Shown: piece after piece, positions 7,978 through 16,193 of the stretch | How the letters are laid out: each line of letters opens with the position of its first letter | Numbering within the stretch: the first letter of the stretch is position 1 | From: Myxococcales bacterium | GTDB lineage: Bacteria; Myxococcota_A; Polyangia; Polyangiales; Polyangiaceae | Length of the DNA stretch: 24,000 nt | Direction of reading: 5' to 3' | Assembly (NCBI GenBank): GCA_043747615.1 | Contig: JAYTOU010000070.1 | Span: 1 to 24,000 of the forward strand | Notes under the pieces: model-generated | What the model saw: the letters and a program-made list of their open reading frames with translations, nothing else | What the model was told of the DNA's origin: nothing | Database searches by the model: none | Program-made: the position numbers and the translations under genes

Positions 7978-9018
7978 TCATGCCATGGACGCGAGGCCAG
8001 CAGCGGTCGCTACGAGCCAGACGCCAAGGGCCAAGGCCACGGCGACGCGAGGCCGTGACTCGCGTGCGAGGACGAAGAGAGAGGGCAGGTTCACGATCGG
8101 CCCCGCGACCACGAACGCAACGGCGACGCCGATCGGCGCGCCCGCGGCGAGCAGCAGGAGCGCGACCGGGACTTCGAAGAACGTGGGCAGAGCAACGAGC
8201 ATTCCGATGAGAGCGACCACGGTGATCGCGAAGACCGTACCTCCACGCGTGAGCATGGCGACGTGCGGAAGAAGAAGGCCTGAAACGAGCACGCCGGCGA
8301 TGATGAGCGGCACGGTCACGACGGTGAGGTACCCAACGCTCCTCGCGAAGCGGACGAGCAGGGCGCCGAGCGTCATGTCCTCGTCGGCATCGACCTCGCA
8401 CGCGACGCTGCGCGCGGGTGACACGTCTTTCTCCATGGCCCGGCCGATGCCCGCAGAGAGCCCGAGAACGATGACGAGCGCCGCCACGACGCGAACCGCA
8501 GCGACCCGCACGGGGAGGAGCGCGAAGCTCAACACGATGGCGGCGATGTTCAGGCCGGGCGACGCCAACATGACTGCGAGTGAAGGACCGAGGCGCGCAC
8601 CGCGCTCGTAGAGGCCCGTGAAGACCGGGGTGACACAGCAACAGCACAACATGAGCGGCGCGCCTGCGAGCGCCCCCATGATCGTCGGCCGCCCTCCGCG
8701 TGCCCCGAGCCAGCGCTTCACCCATGACGAGGGAACCGCCGCGCGAACCGCTGCGCCGACGAGGATCCCGAAGACGAGCGCTGGCCAGATTTTACCGAAG
8801 TAGAACAGCGTCGTTGCCACGACGCCTCCGTCAACGAGCGCCGACGTTGAAACGCCCAGCTTTCCGGACTCACGTACGCGCCCGAGCACGCGCAGCGAGC
8901 CGCCCCATTTGTAATAAAAGAGTGCCGACACGATCATCGCGAGGATGAAAGCGCCGCCGAATTGCGTGCGCGCGGAGCCTCCGGATTTGCCCGCCATTGC
9001 AGCCGAGGTCGTCGTCAT
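7978..9018 (-). CDS. Polytopic permease of the DUF318/ArsP-type predicted-permease family with a CCCC motif
   Basis: About 10 hydrophobic helices in two halves, split by an acidic loop (EVDADEDM). The motif GAPLMLCCCCVTPVF sits where family members carry a vicinal Cys pair before a Pro. It ends 27 bp upstream of the selD start on the same strand. Start is uncertain: ATG 9018, ATG 8997 or TTG 9054. Confidence 0.7.
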   Translation of the reverse strand: MTTTSAAMAGKSGGSARTQFGGAFILAMIVSALFYYKWGGSLRVLGRVRESGKLGVSTSALVDGGVVATTLFYFGKIWPALVFGILVGAAVRAAVPSSWVKRWLGARGGRPTIMGALAGAPLMLCCCCVTPVFTGLYERGARLGPSLAVMLASPGLNIAAIVLSFALLPVRVAAVRVVAALVIVLGLSAGIGRAMEKDVSPARSVACEVDADEDMTLGALLVRFARSVGYLTVVTVPLIIAGVLVSGLLLPHVAMLTRGGTVFAITVVALIGMLVALPTFFEVPVALLLLAAGAPIGVAVAFVVAGPIVNLPSLFVLARESRPRVAVALALGVWLVATAAGLASMA

Positions 9019-9103
9019 CACCGGAAGATGAGCTTGTCTCGCTTCGCGACGCAACCGCTGTCTGGCGGGCTCGCTCCGATTCGGCCGCGCTCGGGCGAGC
9101 GCG

Positions 9104-10048
9104 TTAGACCGCGCGCGACGGCTGCATCCAGGGCTTCGAAAGGTATCGGTCCCATGAGTCGGGCAATAGCGTCACGACAGGACCAGTAATGCCGTCCCGC
9201 GCTGCGATCCTGAGCGCGACAACGACCGCGGTCCCCGCCGAGCCGCCGACGAAGAGCCCCTCTTCGCGAACGAGGCGATGGACCATCGCGAAGCTATCGG
9301 TGTCAGAAACGCTTTCGGCGCTGTCGATCACGCTGCGGTCGAGGATCGCGGGTGGCTTGCTCGTGCCGATTCCTTCGACCTCATAGGCGGCGTCGGGGCC
9401 AACGATCCCATCCGCGGCCCACCGAGCGAGACCAGAGCCGACGGGGTCCGCAAGGACGATTTGGACGTTCAGTACGTGACGTTTCAGGAACCGGCCAACC
9501 CCGGTGATGGTGCCCCCCGTGCCGGCTCCAGCGACGAACGCTCCGATCCGAGCGCCCGTCTGTTCGAGGAGCTCGGGGCCCGTGGTCTCCTCGTGGGCGC
9601 GGACGTTCACGGGATTGCGGAACTGGTCGGTGAGGAACCACCCCTCTTCATCTGCGAGGCGACGGGCAACGTTCTGGAAATTCTCAGGACTATCCGGCGG
9701 CGCGTTCGGAGTGATCACGACGCGCGCGCCGAGGGCCGTAAGCGCAGCTCGTTTGTCGACGGACATTTTCTCCGGCAGTACGCAAACGAGCTTGTAGCCT
9801 CGCACGGCGGCGACGAGCGCGAGCCCCATTCCCGTGTTTCCGGCCGTCGCCTCGATCAGGGTCGCGCCGGGCTTCAGGAGATTGCGTCGTTCGGCATCGT
9901 CGACGATGGCGAGGGCGATCCGGTCTTTCACGCTTCCTCCCGGATTTAGATGCTCGCACTTCACGAGGATCGAAACCGGGAGGCCATGCCCGATGTGTCG
10001 CAGCCGCACGAGCGGCGTGTGCCCAATGTGATCGAGAATCGTCGACAT
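9104..10048 (-). CDS. PLP-dependent cysteine synthase / cystathionine beta-synthase family enzyme (CysK/CysM-like)
   Basis: IGHTPLVRL; NPGGSVKDR with the PLP Lys; GNTGMGLA; GAGTGGTITG phosphate-binding loop. It lies first on the minus strand before the permease and selD. The ATG at 10048 is preferred; the ORF extends to a TTG at 10096. Confidence 0.85.
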   Translation of the reverse strand: MSTILDHIGHTPLVRLRHIGHGLPVSILVKCEHLNPGGSVKDRIALAIVDDAERRNLLKPGATLIEATAGNTGMGLALVAAVRGYKLVCVLPEKMSVDKRAALTALGARVVITPNAPPDSPENFQNVARRLADEEGWFLTDQFRNPVNVRAHEETTGPELLEQTGARIGAFVAGAGTGGTITGVGRFLKRHVLNVQIVLADPVGSGLARWAADGIVGPDAAYEVEGIGTSKPPAILDRSVIDSAESVSDTDSFAMVHRLVREEGLFVGGSAGTAVVVALRIAARDGITGPVVTLLPDSWDRYLSKPWMQPSRAV

Positions 10049-10294
10049 TGGGCGGAGCTTAGCTTGCCGCGACGCGACTGGAGGGCTCGTCGTCAAGGAG
10101 GCGTCGCAGAAAAGCGCTATGGAGAAGGACCATCGCGACCATCCCGAAATAACGCGACGGGGTCCTCTGGAAATCCGCGTCGTTCTGTACCTGCTCGCGG
10201 TTCCTTGGGAGGGCCGTCGCGACGGCGTCGCCGTCTACCCTCGAACGTTGGAATGCCGATCCCGTTTACCGTCCCCAATGGTATGTGACGAGCA

Positions 10295-11270
10295 ATGGCG
10301 TCGCGCACGATCCGCCCGAACCTCGCGAAGCTCTCGGGCTCGGTGGCCTACCGCGCGATCCTCGGCGAGGTCAGCGCGCTGCTCGAAAGCGCACGGCGAG
10401 CGGCCGCCCGCGCGGTGAACACCGTCATGACGACCACGTACTGGGAAATCGGTCGCCGGCTCGTTGAGCACGAGCAGCGCGGGAGGGCGCGGGCCGCGTA
10501 CGGCGCTGCGCTCCTGCGCCGGCTATCGAAGGATCTGGCAGGACGCTTCGGTCGCGGATTCTCGGAGCGCAACCTCGAACAGATGCAGCGCTTCTACCTG
10601 ACGTGGCCCATTTCGCAGACGCTGTCTTCGAAATTCCAGGAAGGACCGGCACTCGCGCCGCGATCCAAGATTTCGCAGACGCTGTCTGCGAAGTCCCAAG
10701 ACCACATTGCGCCAAGCTTCCCTCTGCCGTGGTCCCACTATGTTCGCCTCCTCGCTGTCAGGAACGAGAACGCCCGGGCGTTCTACGAGTACGAGGCTCT
10801 CCGCGGTGGTTGGACGGCCCGCCAGCTCGACCGACATCTCAAAGCTCGAGACGTTCCTACTTGAGCTCGGCGGCGATTTCACCTTCGTTGGTCGCCAGCG
10901 CCGATTGCGCGTCGGAGATGAGTGGTTTCGGATCGACCTGCTTTTCTTTCACCGGCGCCTGCGATGCCTCGTGGTGATCGACCTCAAGCTGGGGAAGTTC
11001 AGCCACGCCGACGCGGGCCAGATGCACCTATACTTGAACTACGCCCGGGAGCACTGGATGGTGTCCGGCGAGAATCCTCCGGTCGGGATCATCCTCTGCG
11101 CCGAGAAGGACGAGGCGGTCGTCCGATACGCGCTCGAAGGCTTACCCAACAAGGTGCTGGCTGCGGCGTATCGGACAACGTTGCCTGCAGAAGAAGTTCT
11201 CGCCGCCCAGCTTCGAAAATCCGCGAGGCTCCTGACAACCCGGACTCCACGCCGCTCGACACCCCGCTGA
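10295..11270 (+). pseudogene. DUF1016/YhcG-type PDDEXK nuclease, split by an internal deletion and frameshift
   Basis: ORF 10295-10864 has the N-terminal domain (YWEIGRRLVEHEQ, GFSERNLEQMQRFY, WSHYVRLL). A second frame up to 11270 has the nuclease core (FLLELGGDFTFVGRQRRLRVGDEWFRIDLLFFHRRLRCLVVIDLKLGKF). The junction is near 10830-10845. Tens of residues normally between the two parts appear to be missing. Confidence 0.7.
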
Positions 11271-11287
11271 CGATGGGGCGAGTTGGG

Positions 11288-11359
11288 TGTCCCATGGGTG
11301 TCCCAAGCCTCGCGGAAACGGACGGAAACAGACGGCAGCCAACGGGAACGTTTGGGACA
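11288..11359. repeat. Cluster of TGTCCCAA-type motifs near the right island end
   Basis: TGTCCCAt at 11288-11295 and TGTCCCAA at 11299-11306, again 11 bp apart. An inverted copy TTGGGACA lies at 11352-11359, and a further inverted copy at 11822-11829 outside the island. Confidence 0.35.
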
Positions 11360-11437
11360 CGGCATCTTGCGTTAACACGGTGACTTAGGGGCCAAGACCG
11401 CGTCACTACTTGGTTATCTCAAGATGCCGATCTCAAT

Positions 11438-11458
11438 TTCAATTCCCGTTGGGGTCAC
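11438..11458 (+). repeat. Right copy of the 21-bp direct repeat (displaced tRNA 3' fragment, candidate att site)
   Basis: 21/21 identity to 1-21. The upstream bases (tcaat) cannot form the T-stem and the copy is followed by tg rather than ca, so it is not a second tRNA gene. Confidence 0.7.
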
Positions 11459-11859
11459 TGGTTTTCTCTGTATCATTCCGCGCGGATGTAACTTTTCACG
11501 GCGGATTTTGGACAGCTCGGTGGACAACCCCACCGATTCGCAGAGGTCGTCGGGGAGCGCCGGCCGGCGTCGACGGTTCCGTCCTCGATTGATCCATCGG
11601 CGAGAAGGGCATCCGTCGCGGCCGCGTCGCTGTTCGGTGATACGGCCGCGTCGTCGCCGCAGCCGGTAGCTTGCGCGTTCACGACGTGCGACGACGAATC
11701 GGGCGACGCGGGAGCCAGTATTGGCGGCTCCTCAACGACCACGTGTGCGCCGTGAACACCCAGCGAACCATTGGCGCCATTCCGCGCAGTAGAAAAGTTC
11801 CGACGATGAACTCGCCGCTAGTTGGGACAGCACGGGCACCCGCTGTTAGCGTTGCCGCC

Positions 11860-12141
11860 ATGCGAACCGTTGCCCCCATTGCGTTGGCCATCCTTGGACT
11901 GATGACGTACGGATGCAGCTCAACAAGCAGCACGCCGAAAACGCCGCCCACATGCGCGCAGCTTCAAACGCAGATCAATGCGTGTACGAATATCTCCCAG
12001 GCCGCAAAGGATTCACTAGGTCCTTTCTGCGCGACGGCATCCGACGCATGTCGGTCATGTCTTGACGGACAGCTTTGTGGAGCCACCGAGCAGTGTGACC
12101 CGCAATGCCACAAGATCGCTGATGCGGGCGGGGGTGGCTGA
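11860..12141 (+). CDS. Small cysteine-rich putative lipoprotein (hypothetical)
   Basis: MRTVAPIALAILGLMTYGC is a signal peptide with a lipobox-like Cys. The mature part has 8 further Cys (CAQLQTQINAC...CRSCLDGQLCGATEQCDPQC). An alternative ATG lies at 11806. Confidence 0.5.
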   Translation: MRTVAPIALAILGLMTYGCSSTSSTPKTPPTCAQLQTQINACTNISQAAKDSLGPFCATASDACRSCLDGQLCGATEQCDPQCHKIADAGGGG

Positions 12142-12468
12142 GACGCGCGAGGCCTTTCTCCGTCTCGCGGTCCACCTGCTTCGTGATGTGAAAGCGCCCA
12201 TGCGTGAAGTCGAGATCGCCAGCGGTTAGCGCCGCGATCTCGTTCGAGCGCGCTGCGAAGTAGACGGCCACGGCGTACACGCCGCGTCGGCGGGCGGGCA
12301 CTTCTTCGCATTCGAGAAGCTGTAGAAACTCGTCGGGGTCCAGGGGTCCAGGATGACGCGACTTCGACCGTCCCCATTGTCGGGCCCGCGCACTTTCGTT
12401 ACCGGGTTGACGGTGCGGTGAGCACGCGCAGGCGTCGCTCTTCGAGTTGCAGGCCTCGTCGAAGGCAC
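12142..12468 (-). pseudogene. Remnant of a second, unrelated tyrosine integrase (middle fragment only)
   Basis: Minus frames read NPVTKVRGPDNGDGRSRVILDP and then, in another frame, DEFLQLLECEEVPARRRGVYAVAVYFAARSNEIAALTAGDLDFTHGRFHITKQVDRETEKG (Arg-I region). The catalytic C-terminal half is missing, because homology ends where the lipoprotein gene ends. Confidence 0.6.
12336..12351. repeat. Perfect 8-bp tandem duplication (gggtccag x2) causing the frameshift in the integrase remnant
   Basis: Removing one copy joins ...RVILDP to DEFLQLLE... in a single frame. Confidence 0.8.
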
Positions 12469-12512
12469 ACGTCAGATCGCCTCAAGCGGGAGGTCATTCC
12501 CACTTTCACCAG

Positions 12513-12553
12513 GTAACGTTACTTCGGCAAATGCTTGTTCCATTATTATGGAA
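12513..12553. promoter_or_regulatory. AT-rich promoter/operator region of the ars operon with two palindromes
   Basis: Perfect 10-bp palindrome GTAACGTTAC (12513-12522) and inverted repeat TTCCAT-tatt-ATGGAA (12538-12553), 43-83 bp upstream of the arsR GTG. This is a locally AT-rich patch in a GC-rich background. No -35/-10 boxes could be assigned confidently. Confidence 0.45.
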
Positions 12554-12595
12554 TCATAGCTTGCGGAGTTGCTTCGAGGATACTAGAAGTAGGTT

Positions 12596-12904
12596 GTGAC
12601 CTCGAAGCTGGATCGCCGCGCCGAGCAGCTGAGTGCCCTGGGCCACTCCGTTCGGCTCAAGATCCTCCGATTCGTCGTGCAAGCGGGCGTCGAAGGCTCC
12701 GCAGCGGGCGACATCCAGGCTCACGTCGAGCTGCCAGCGTCCACGTTGAGTCATCACCTGAAGCGGCTGGTCGACGCCGGGGTGCTCTCCACCCGATCCG
12801 AGGGAACCTTCCACTTCTACGCCGCCGACTACACCGCCCTCCGCGCTCTCACCGACTACCTTTGGGAAGACTGCTGCAAGCGCGGCAAGTCCGGCTGCTG
12901 CTGA
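12596..12904 (+). CDS. arsR: ArsR/SmtB-family metalloregulator with C-terminal cysteine pairs
   Basis: Winged-helix signature LSALGHSVRLKILRFV...ELPASTLSHHLKRLVDAGVL. It lacks the CVC site in helix 3 and has C-terminal CC-x6-CC (EDCCKRGKSGCC). The GTG at 12596 is the first possible start after in-frame stops. Confidence 0.85.
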   Translation: MTSKLDRRAEQLSALGHSVRLKILRFVVQAGVEGSAAGDIQAHVELPASTLSHHLKRLVDAGVLSTRSEGTFHFYAADYTALRALTDYLWEDCCKRGKSGCC

Positions 12905-12920
12905 GCAAAGCCTTTTTTTT
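12893..12920 (+). terminator. Possible weak terminator/attenuator between arsR and arsM
   Basis: GGCTGCT..AGC-AA-AGCC imperfect stem overlapping the arsR stop, followed by a T8 run (12913-12920). Judged by eye only. Confidence 0.3.
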
Positions 12921-12976
12921 GCGCTTAATGTTCGAGTATTTTGGAAGTAGTTAACCCCACACACGAGGAGTCGATC

Positions 12977-13894
12977 ATGAAGAACCCTAGCGTTCAAAAA
13001 TCCGAGAAGACCTGCTGCGCCCCAAGCTGCTGCGAGGGCGACAACGCCGCGGCGAAGGCCGAGACCGCAAAGGTCGACGACGCCGTTCGTGAGACGGTCA
13101 AGGAGCGCTACGGCCAGGCGGTCGCGGCAGTCATGAAAGGCTCGAAGCCTTCGTGCTGTGGGTCGTCTGCAGCGCCGGGCATCCGCGGCACGGACCCGAT
13201 CACGCGCAACCTCTACGACGCGGAGCAGGCGGGCGGCGTGCCCGATGACGCCTTGCTCGCCTCCTTCGGCTGCGGCAACCCCACCGCCCTCGCCAATCTG
13301 AACCCCGGCGAGACCGTGCTCGACCTCGGCTCAGGGGGCGGCATCGACGTGCTTCTGTCGGCCAAGCGGGTCGGCCCCACCGGCAAGGCGTACGGGCTCG
13401 ACATGACCGACGAGATGCTCGACCTCGCCATGAAGAACAAGGCGAAGGCGGGCGCGGCGAACGTGGAGTTCTTGAAAGGACACATCGAGGCAATCCCGCT
13501 ACCGGCCGCCTCGGTGGACGTGATCATCTCCAACTGCGTCATCAACCTCTCCACCGACAAGGACAAGGTGCTCGGCGAAGCCTTCCGCGTGCTGCGCTCG
13601 GGGGGTAGGTTCGCCGTCTCCGACATCGTGGTTCGCCGCGAGCTTCCCGAACCGGTGAGGAAGTCGATGGAGCTGTGGAGCGGGTGCATCGCAGGGGCGC
13701 TTCTGGAAAAGGAGTACGTCGCCAAGTTGAAGGCCGCCGGGTTCATCGACATCGAGGTCGAGCCGACCCGCATCTATACGAAGGAGGACACCGCGGAGAT
13801 GACGTCGTCCTGCTGCGGCGAAGAGGCCGAGACGGCCCTCGAGGCCCTGGACGGCGCCGTCATGAGCGCCTTCATCCGCGCGACGAAGCCATGA
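12977..13894 (+). CDS. arsM: Arsenite S-adenosylmethionine methyltransferase
   Basis: SAM motif [12 protein letters not shown]. Conserved Cys contexts FGCGNP, SNCVINL and WSGCIAGA, plus an N-terminal Cys-rich stretch (CCAPSCC, PSCCG). GAGGAG Shine-Dalgarno sequence upstream of the ATG at 12977. Confidence 0.9.
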   Translation: MKNPSVQKSEKTCCAPSCCEGDNAAAKAETAKVDDAVRETVKERYGQAVAAVMKGSKPSCCGSSAAPGIRGTDPITRNLYDAEQAGGVPDDALLASFGCGNPTALANLNPGETVLDLGSGGGIDVLLSAKRVGPTGKAYGLDMTDEMLDLAMKNKAKAGAANVEFLKGHIEAIPLPAASVDVIISNCVINLSTDKDKVLGEAFRVLRSGGRFAVSDIVVRRELPEPVRKSMELWSGCIAGALLEKEYVAKLKAAGFIDIEVEPTRIYTKEDTAEMTSSCCGEEAETALEALDGAVMSAFIRATKP

Positions 13895-14907
13895 GCACGC
13901 GCACCAAGGTCGGCATCAACGGGTTCGGCCGTATGGGTCGGCTCGCGCTTCGAGCGGCATGGCGTTGGCCCGACTTCGAGTTCGTCCACATCAACGAGCT
14001 GAAGGGCGGGCCCAAAGTCGGCGCGCATCTCCTCGCGTTCGACTCGGTGCACGGTCGATGGGACCAAGAGGTCGTCACCGCGGCGGACGCCATCGCCATC
14101 GCGGGGAAGGCCATCCCCTTCACCGGATACGCCACGCCGGCAGAGGTGCCGTGGAAGGAGCACGGGGTCGAGATCGTCCTCGAGTGCTCTGGGAAGTTCA
14201 GGACCCCGGCGCTCATCGCTCCCTACTTCGCGGTCGGAGTGAAGAAGGTCATCGTCGCCGCCCCCGTCAAGGAGGGCGCGCTCAACGTCGTCGTCGGGGT
14301 GAACGATCACCTCTACGACCCGGAGAAGCACCACTTGCTCACGGCGGCTTCCTGCACGACCAACTGCCTTGCTCCCGTGGTGAAGGTCATTCACGAGGGC
14401 ATCGGCATCCGCCACGGTGTGATCACCACCATCCACGACATGACGAACACCCAGACGGTCGTTGATGCGCCCCACGAGGATCTTCGGCGAGCACGGGCCA
14501 GCAGCCTCTCCCTCATTCCGACGAGCACCGGGTCGGCGACGGCGATCTCGTTGATCTACCCCGAGCTGAAGGGAAAGTTGAACGGCCTCGCCGTGCGGGT
14601 GCCCCTCTTGAATGCGTCGCTCACCGATTGCGTCTTCGAGGTCTCTCGGCCGACGACGACGGACGAAGTGAACGCGCTCCTCAAGACTGCCGCGGAGGGG
14701 CCGCTGAAGGGCATCCTGGGCTATGAAGAGCGCCCGCTGGTTTCGGTGGACTACAAGGACGATACGCGATCGGCGATCATCGACGCCCCATCGACCATGG
14801 TGGTGGACGACACGAGCGTGAAGATCCTCGCCTGGTATGACAACGAGATCGGCTACGTGCACCGCATGATGGAGCTCGCCCGCACGGTTGCCCAGAGCCT
14901 TCGGTGA
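13891..14907 (+). CDS. Glyceraldehyde-3-phosphate dehydrogenase (ars-operon type, partner of ArsJ)
   Basis: [12 protein letters not shown]-binding motif and active site SCTTNCLAP. The start overlaps the arsM stop (ATGA). Confidence 0.9.
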   Translation: MSTRTKVGINGFGRMGRLALRAAWRWPDFEFVHINELKGGPKVGAHLLAFDSVHGRWDQEVVTAADAIAIAGKAIPFTGYATPAEVPWKEHGVEIVLECSGKFRTPALIAPYFAVGVKKVIVAAPVKEGALNVVVGVNDHLYDPEKHHLLTAASCTTNCLAPVVKVIHEGIGIRHGVITTIHDMTNTQTVVDAPHEDLRRARASSLSLIPTSTGSATAISLIYPELKGKLNGLAVRVPLLNASLTDCVFEVSRPTTTDEVNALLKTAAEGPLKGILGYEERPLVSVDYKDDTRSAIIDAPSTMVVDDTSVKILAWYDNEIGYVHRMMELARTVAQSLR

Positions 14908-16160
14908 GCTCGTTGAGCGCCATCCGCAACTACAGCCTCGTGACCGCCGCCTACTGGGCGTTCACGTTGACGGACGGCGCGCTGCGGATGCTCGTCCTCT
15001 TGCATTTCCACGAGCTGGGCTACACGCCGGTCCAGCTCGCGTTCCTGTTTCTCTTCTACGAGCTCTTCGGCGTCGTCACCAACTTGCTGGGCGGCTGGAT
15101 CGCCTCGCGGATGGGTCTGCGTGTGACTCTCCTTGGCGGGCTCGCCCTCCAGGTGGTCTCGCTCGTGCTCCTCGGCATGGTGAACCCTGCGTGGCCGAAG
15201 CTCACGTCCGTCGGCTACGTCATGAGCGCCCAGTCGCTTTCGGGCATCGCCAAGGACCTCACGAAGATGAGCGCCAAGAGCACGACCAAGCTCCTGGTAC
15301 CCGAAACCAACGAGTCGTCGCTCTTCAAATGGGTGGCAATCCTCACGGGCTCGAAGAACGCGCTCAAGGGCGTGGGATTTTTTCTTGGCGGTCTCCTGCT
15401 CACGGCATGGGGCTACCGGCACGCGCTCTTCGGGATGGCCGCGGCTCTCTTCATCGTCCTCGCCGGCTCCTTCTTTTCCCTCCCGCGCGGGCTGGGGAAG
15501 TCGAAGTCCAAGAGTAAATTTAAGGGGCTTCTGTCGAAGACGCGCGAGGTGAACATCCTCTCGGCTGCGCGGTTCTTCCTCTTCGGCGCGAGGGACATCT
15601 GGTTCGTCGTTGGCGTGCCCGTCTTCTTGTCAGAGAACCTCGGCTGGGGGTTCGCCGAGATCGGCACCTTCCTAGCTGTCTGGGTGATTGGGTATGGGGT
15701 CATCCAGTCGGGCGCCCCGCTCCTCATTGGCCGGTGGACCGGTGGCCGAGCGCCCCAAGGGCGAACCGCCCAGGTCCTCGCCTTCGTCCTCGCGGGCGTC
15801 ACAGCGATCGTCGCCGCCGGGATCGTCGCGGGCTACGCGCCGGTAGTCGTCATCCTGGTCGGCCTGGGCATCTTCGGCGCCGTCTTCGCGGTCAACTCCT
15901 CCGTCCACTCGTACTTGATCCTTGCGTACTCGGACGGAGACAAGGTGGCGACGAACGTGGGCTTCTATTACATGGCCAACGCCGGGGGCCGCCTCGTAGG
16001 GACGCTTCTGTCGGGCGTGATGTTTCAAGTTGCCGGGGTCACGGGTTGCCTATGGACCTCGGTGGCGTTCGCAGCGATGGCGGGGGTTGTCTCTCTCGGC
16101 CTGCCGAAGAAGGAGTCCTCGACGTTGATGACGGAGATGAAAACCGAGGGGGCGGATTGA
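14904..16160 (+). CDS. arsJ: MFS permease ArsJ (organoarsenical efflux; 1-arseno-3-phosphoglycerate exporter)
   Basis: ArsJ-like N-terminus ([37 protein letters not shown]) and a 12-TM MFS layout. The GTG start overlaps the gapdh stop (GTGA). Confidence 0.85.
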   Translation: MSSLSAIRNYSLVTAAYWAFTLTDGALRMLVLLHFHELGYTPVQLAFLFLFYELFGVVTNLLGGWIASRMGLRVTLLGGLALQVVSLVLLGMVNPAWPKLTSVGYVMSAQSLSGIAKDLTKMSAKSTTKLLVPETNESSLFKWVAILTGSKNALKGVGFFLGGLLLTAWGYRHALFGMAAALFIVLAGSFFSLPRGLGKSKSKSKFKGLLSKTREVNILSAARFFLFGARDIWFVVGVPVFLSENLGWGFAEIGTFLAVWVIGYGVIQSGAPLLIGRWTGGRAPQGRTAQVLAFVLAGVTAIVAAGIVAGYAPVVVILVGLGIFGAVFAVNSSVHSYLILAYSDGDKVATNVGFYYMANAGGRLVGTLLSGVMFQVAGVTGCLWTSVAFAAMAGVVSLGLPKKESSTLMTEMKTEGAD

Positions 16161-16193
16161 CTACGCGGCGTGCGGTTTTGAAACTCATCGCCC

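Larger units (their letters stand above)
24..11458. mobile_element. tRNA-flanked genomic island (~11.4 kb) with a decayed integrase and selenium-metabolism cargo
   Basis: An integrase gene lies directly next to the tRNA 3' end. An exact 21-bp direct repeat of that tRNA end sits at the far boundary. TGTCCCAA motif pairs occur near both ends. Confidence 0.6.

Noticed and set aside
7970-8725. 251-aa minus-strand and 208-aa plus-strand ORFs overlapping the permease gene
   Set aside because: They are off-frame or antisense to a clearly hydrophobic polytopic permease and are Arg-rich or Thr/Ala-rich with low complexity.
10610-10700. Direct repeat atttcgcagacgctgtct(t/g)cgaa(a/g)t(t/c)cc about 63 bp apart
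   Set aside because: It lies in frame within the DUF1016 N-terminal domain and encodes a duplicated ISQTLS(S/A)K peptide. It is therefore an internal coding repeat rather than a regulatory or mobile feature.
11385-11460. Possibility that the right 21-bp repeat is part of a second complete tRNA gene
   Set aside because: The bases upstream (tcaat) cannot pair with CCCGT as a T-stem. No GACCCCA acceptor 5' strand is present at about -70 nt, and the copy is not followed by CCA.
11473-11742. 89-aa minus-strand ORF with a lipoprotein-like ATGCGDDAAVSP segment next to the right att repeat
   Set aside because: No hydrophobic signal sequence precedes the Cys in any frame I could read and there are no recognisable domains. 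It may be a gene fragment, but this cannot be supported.
13774-14862. 362-aa minus-strand ORF
   Set aside because: It is antisense to the GAPDH gene, whose identity is unambiguous.
16033-16045. ggggtcac 8-mer inside arsJ matching the end of the att core
   Set aside because: It is a short match within a well-supported coding region, and the flanks do not match.
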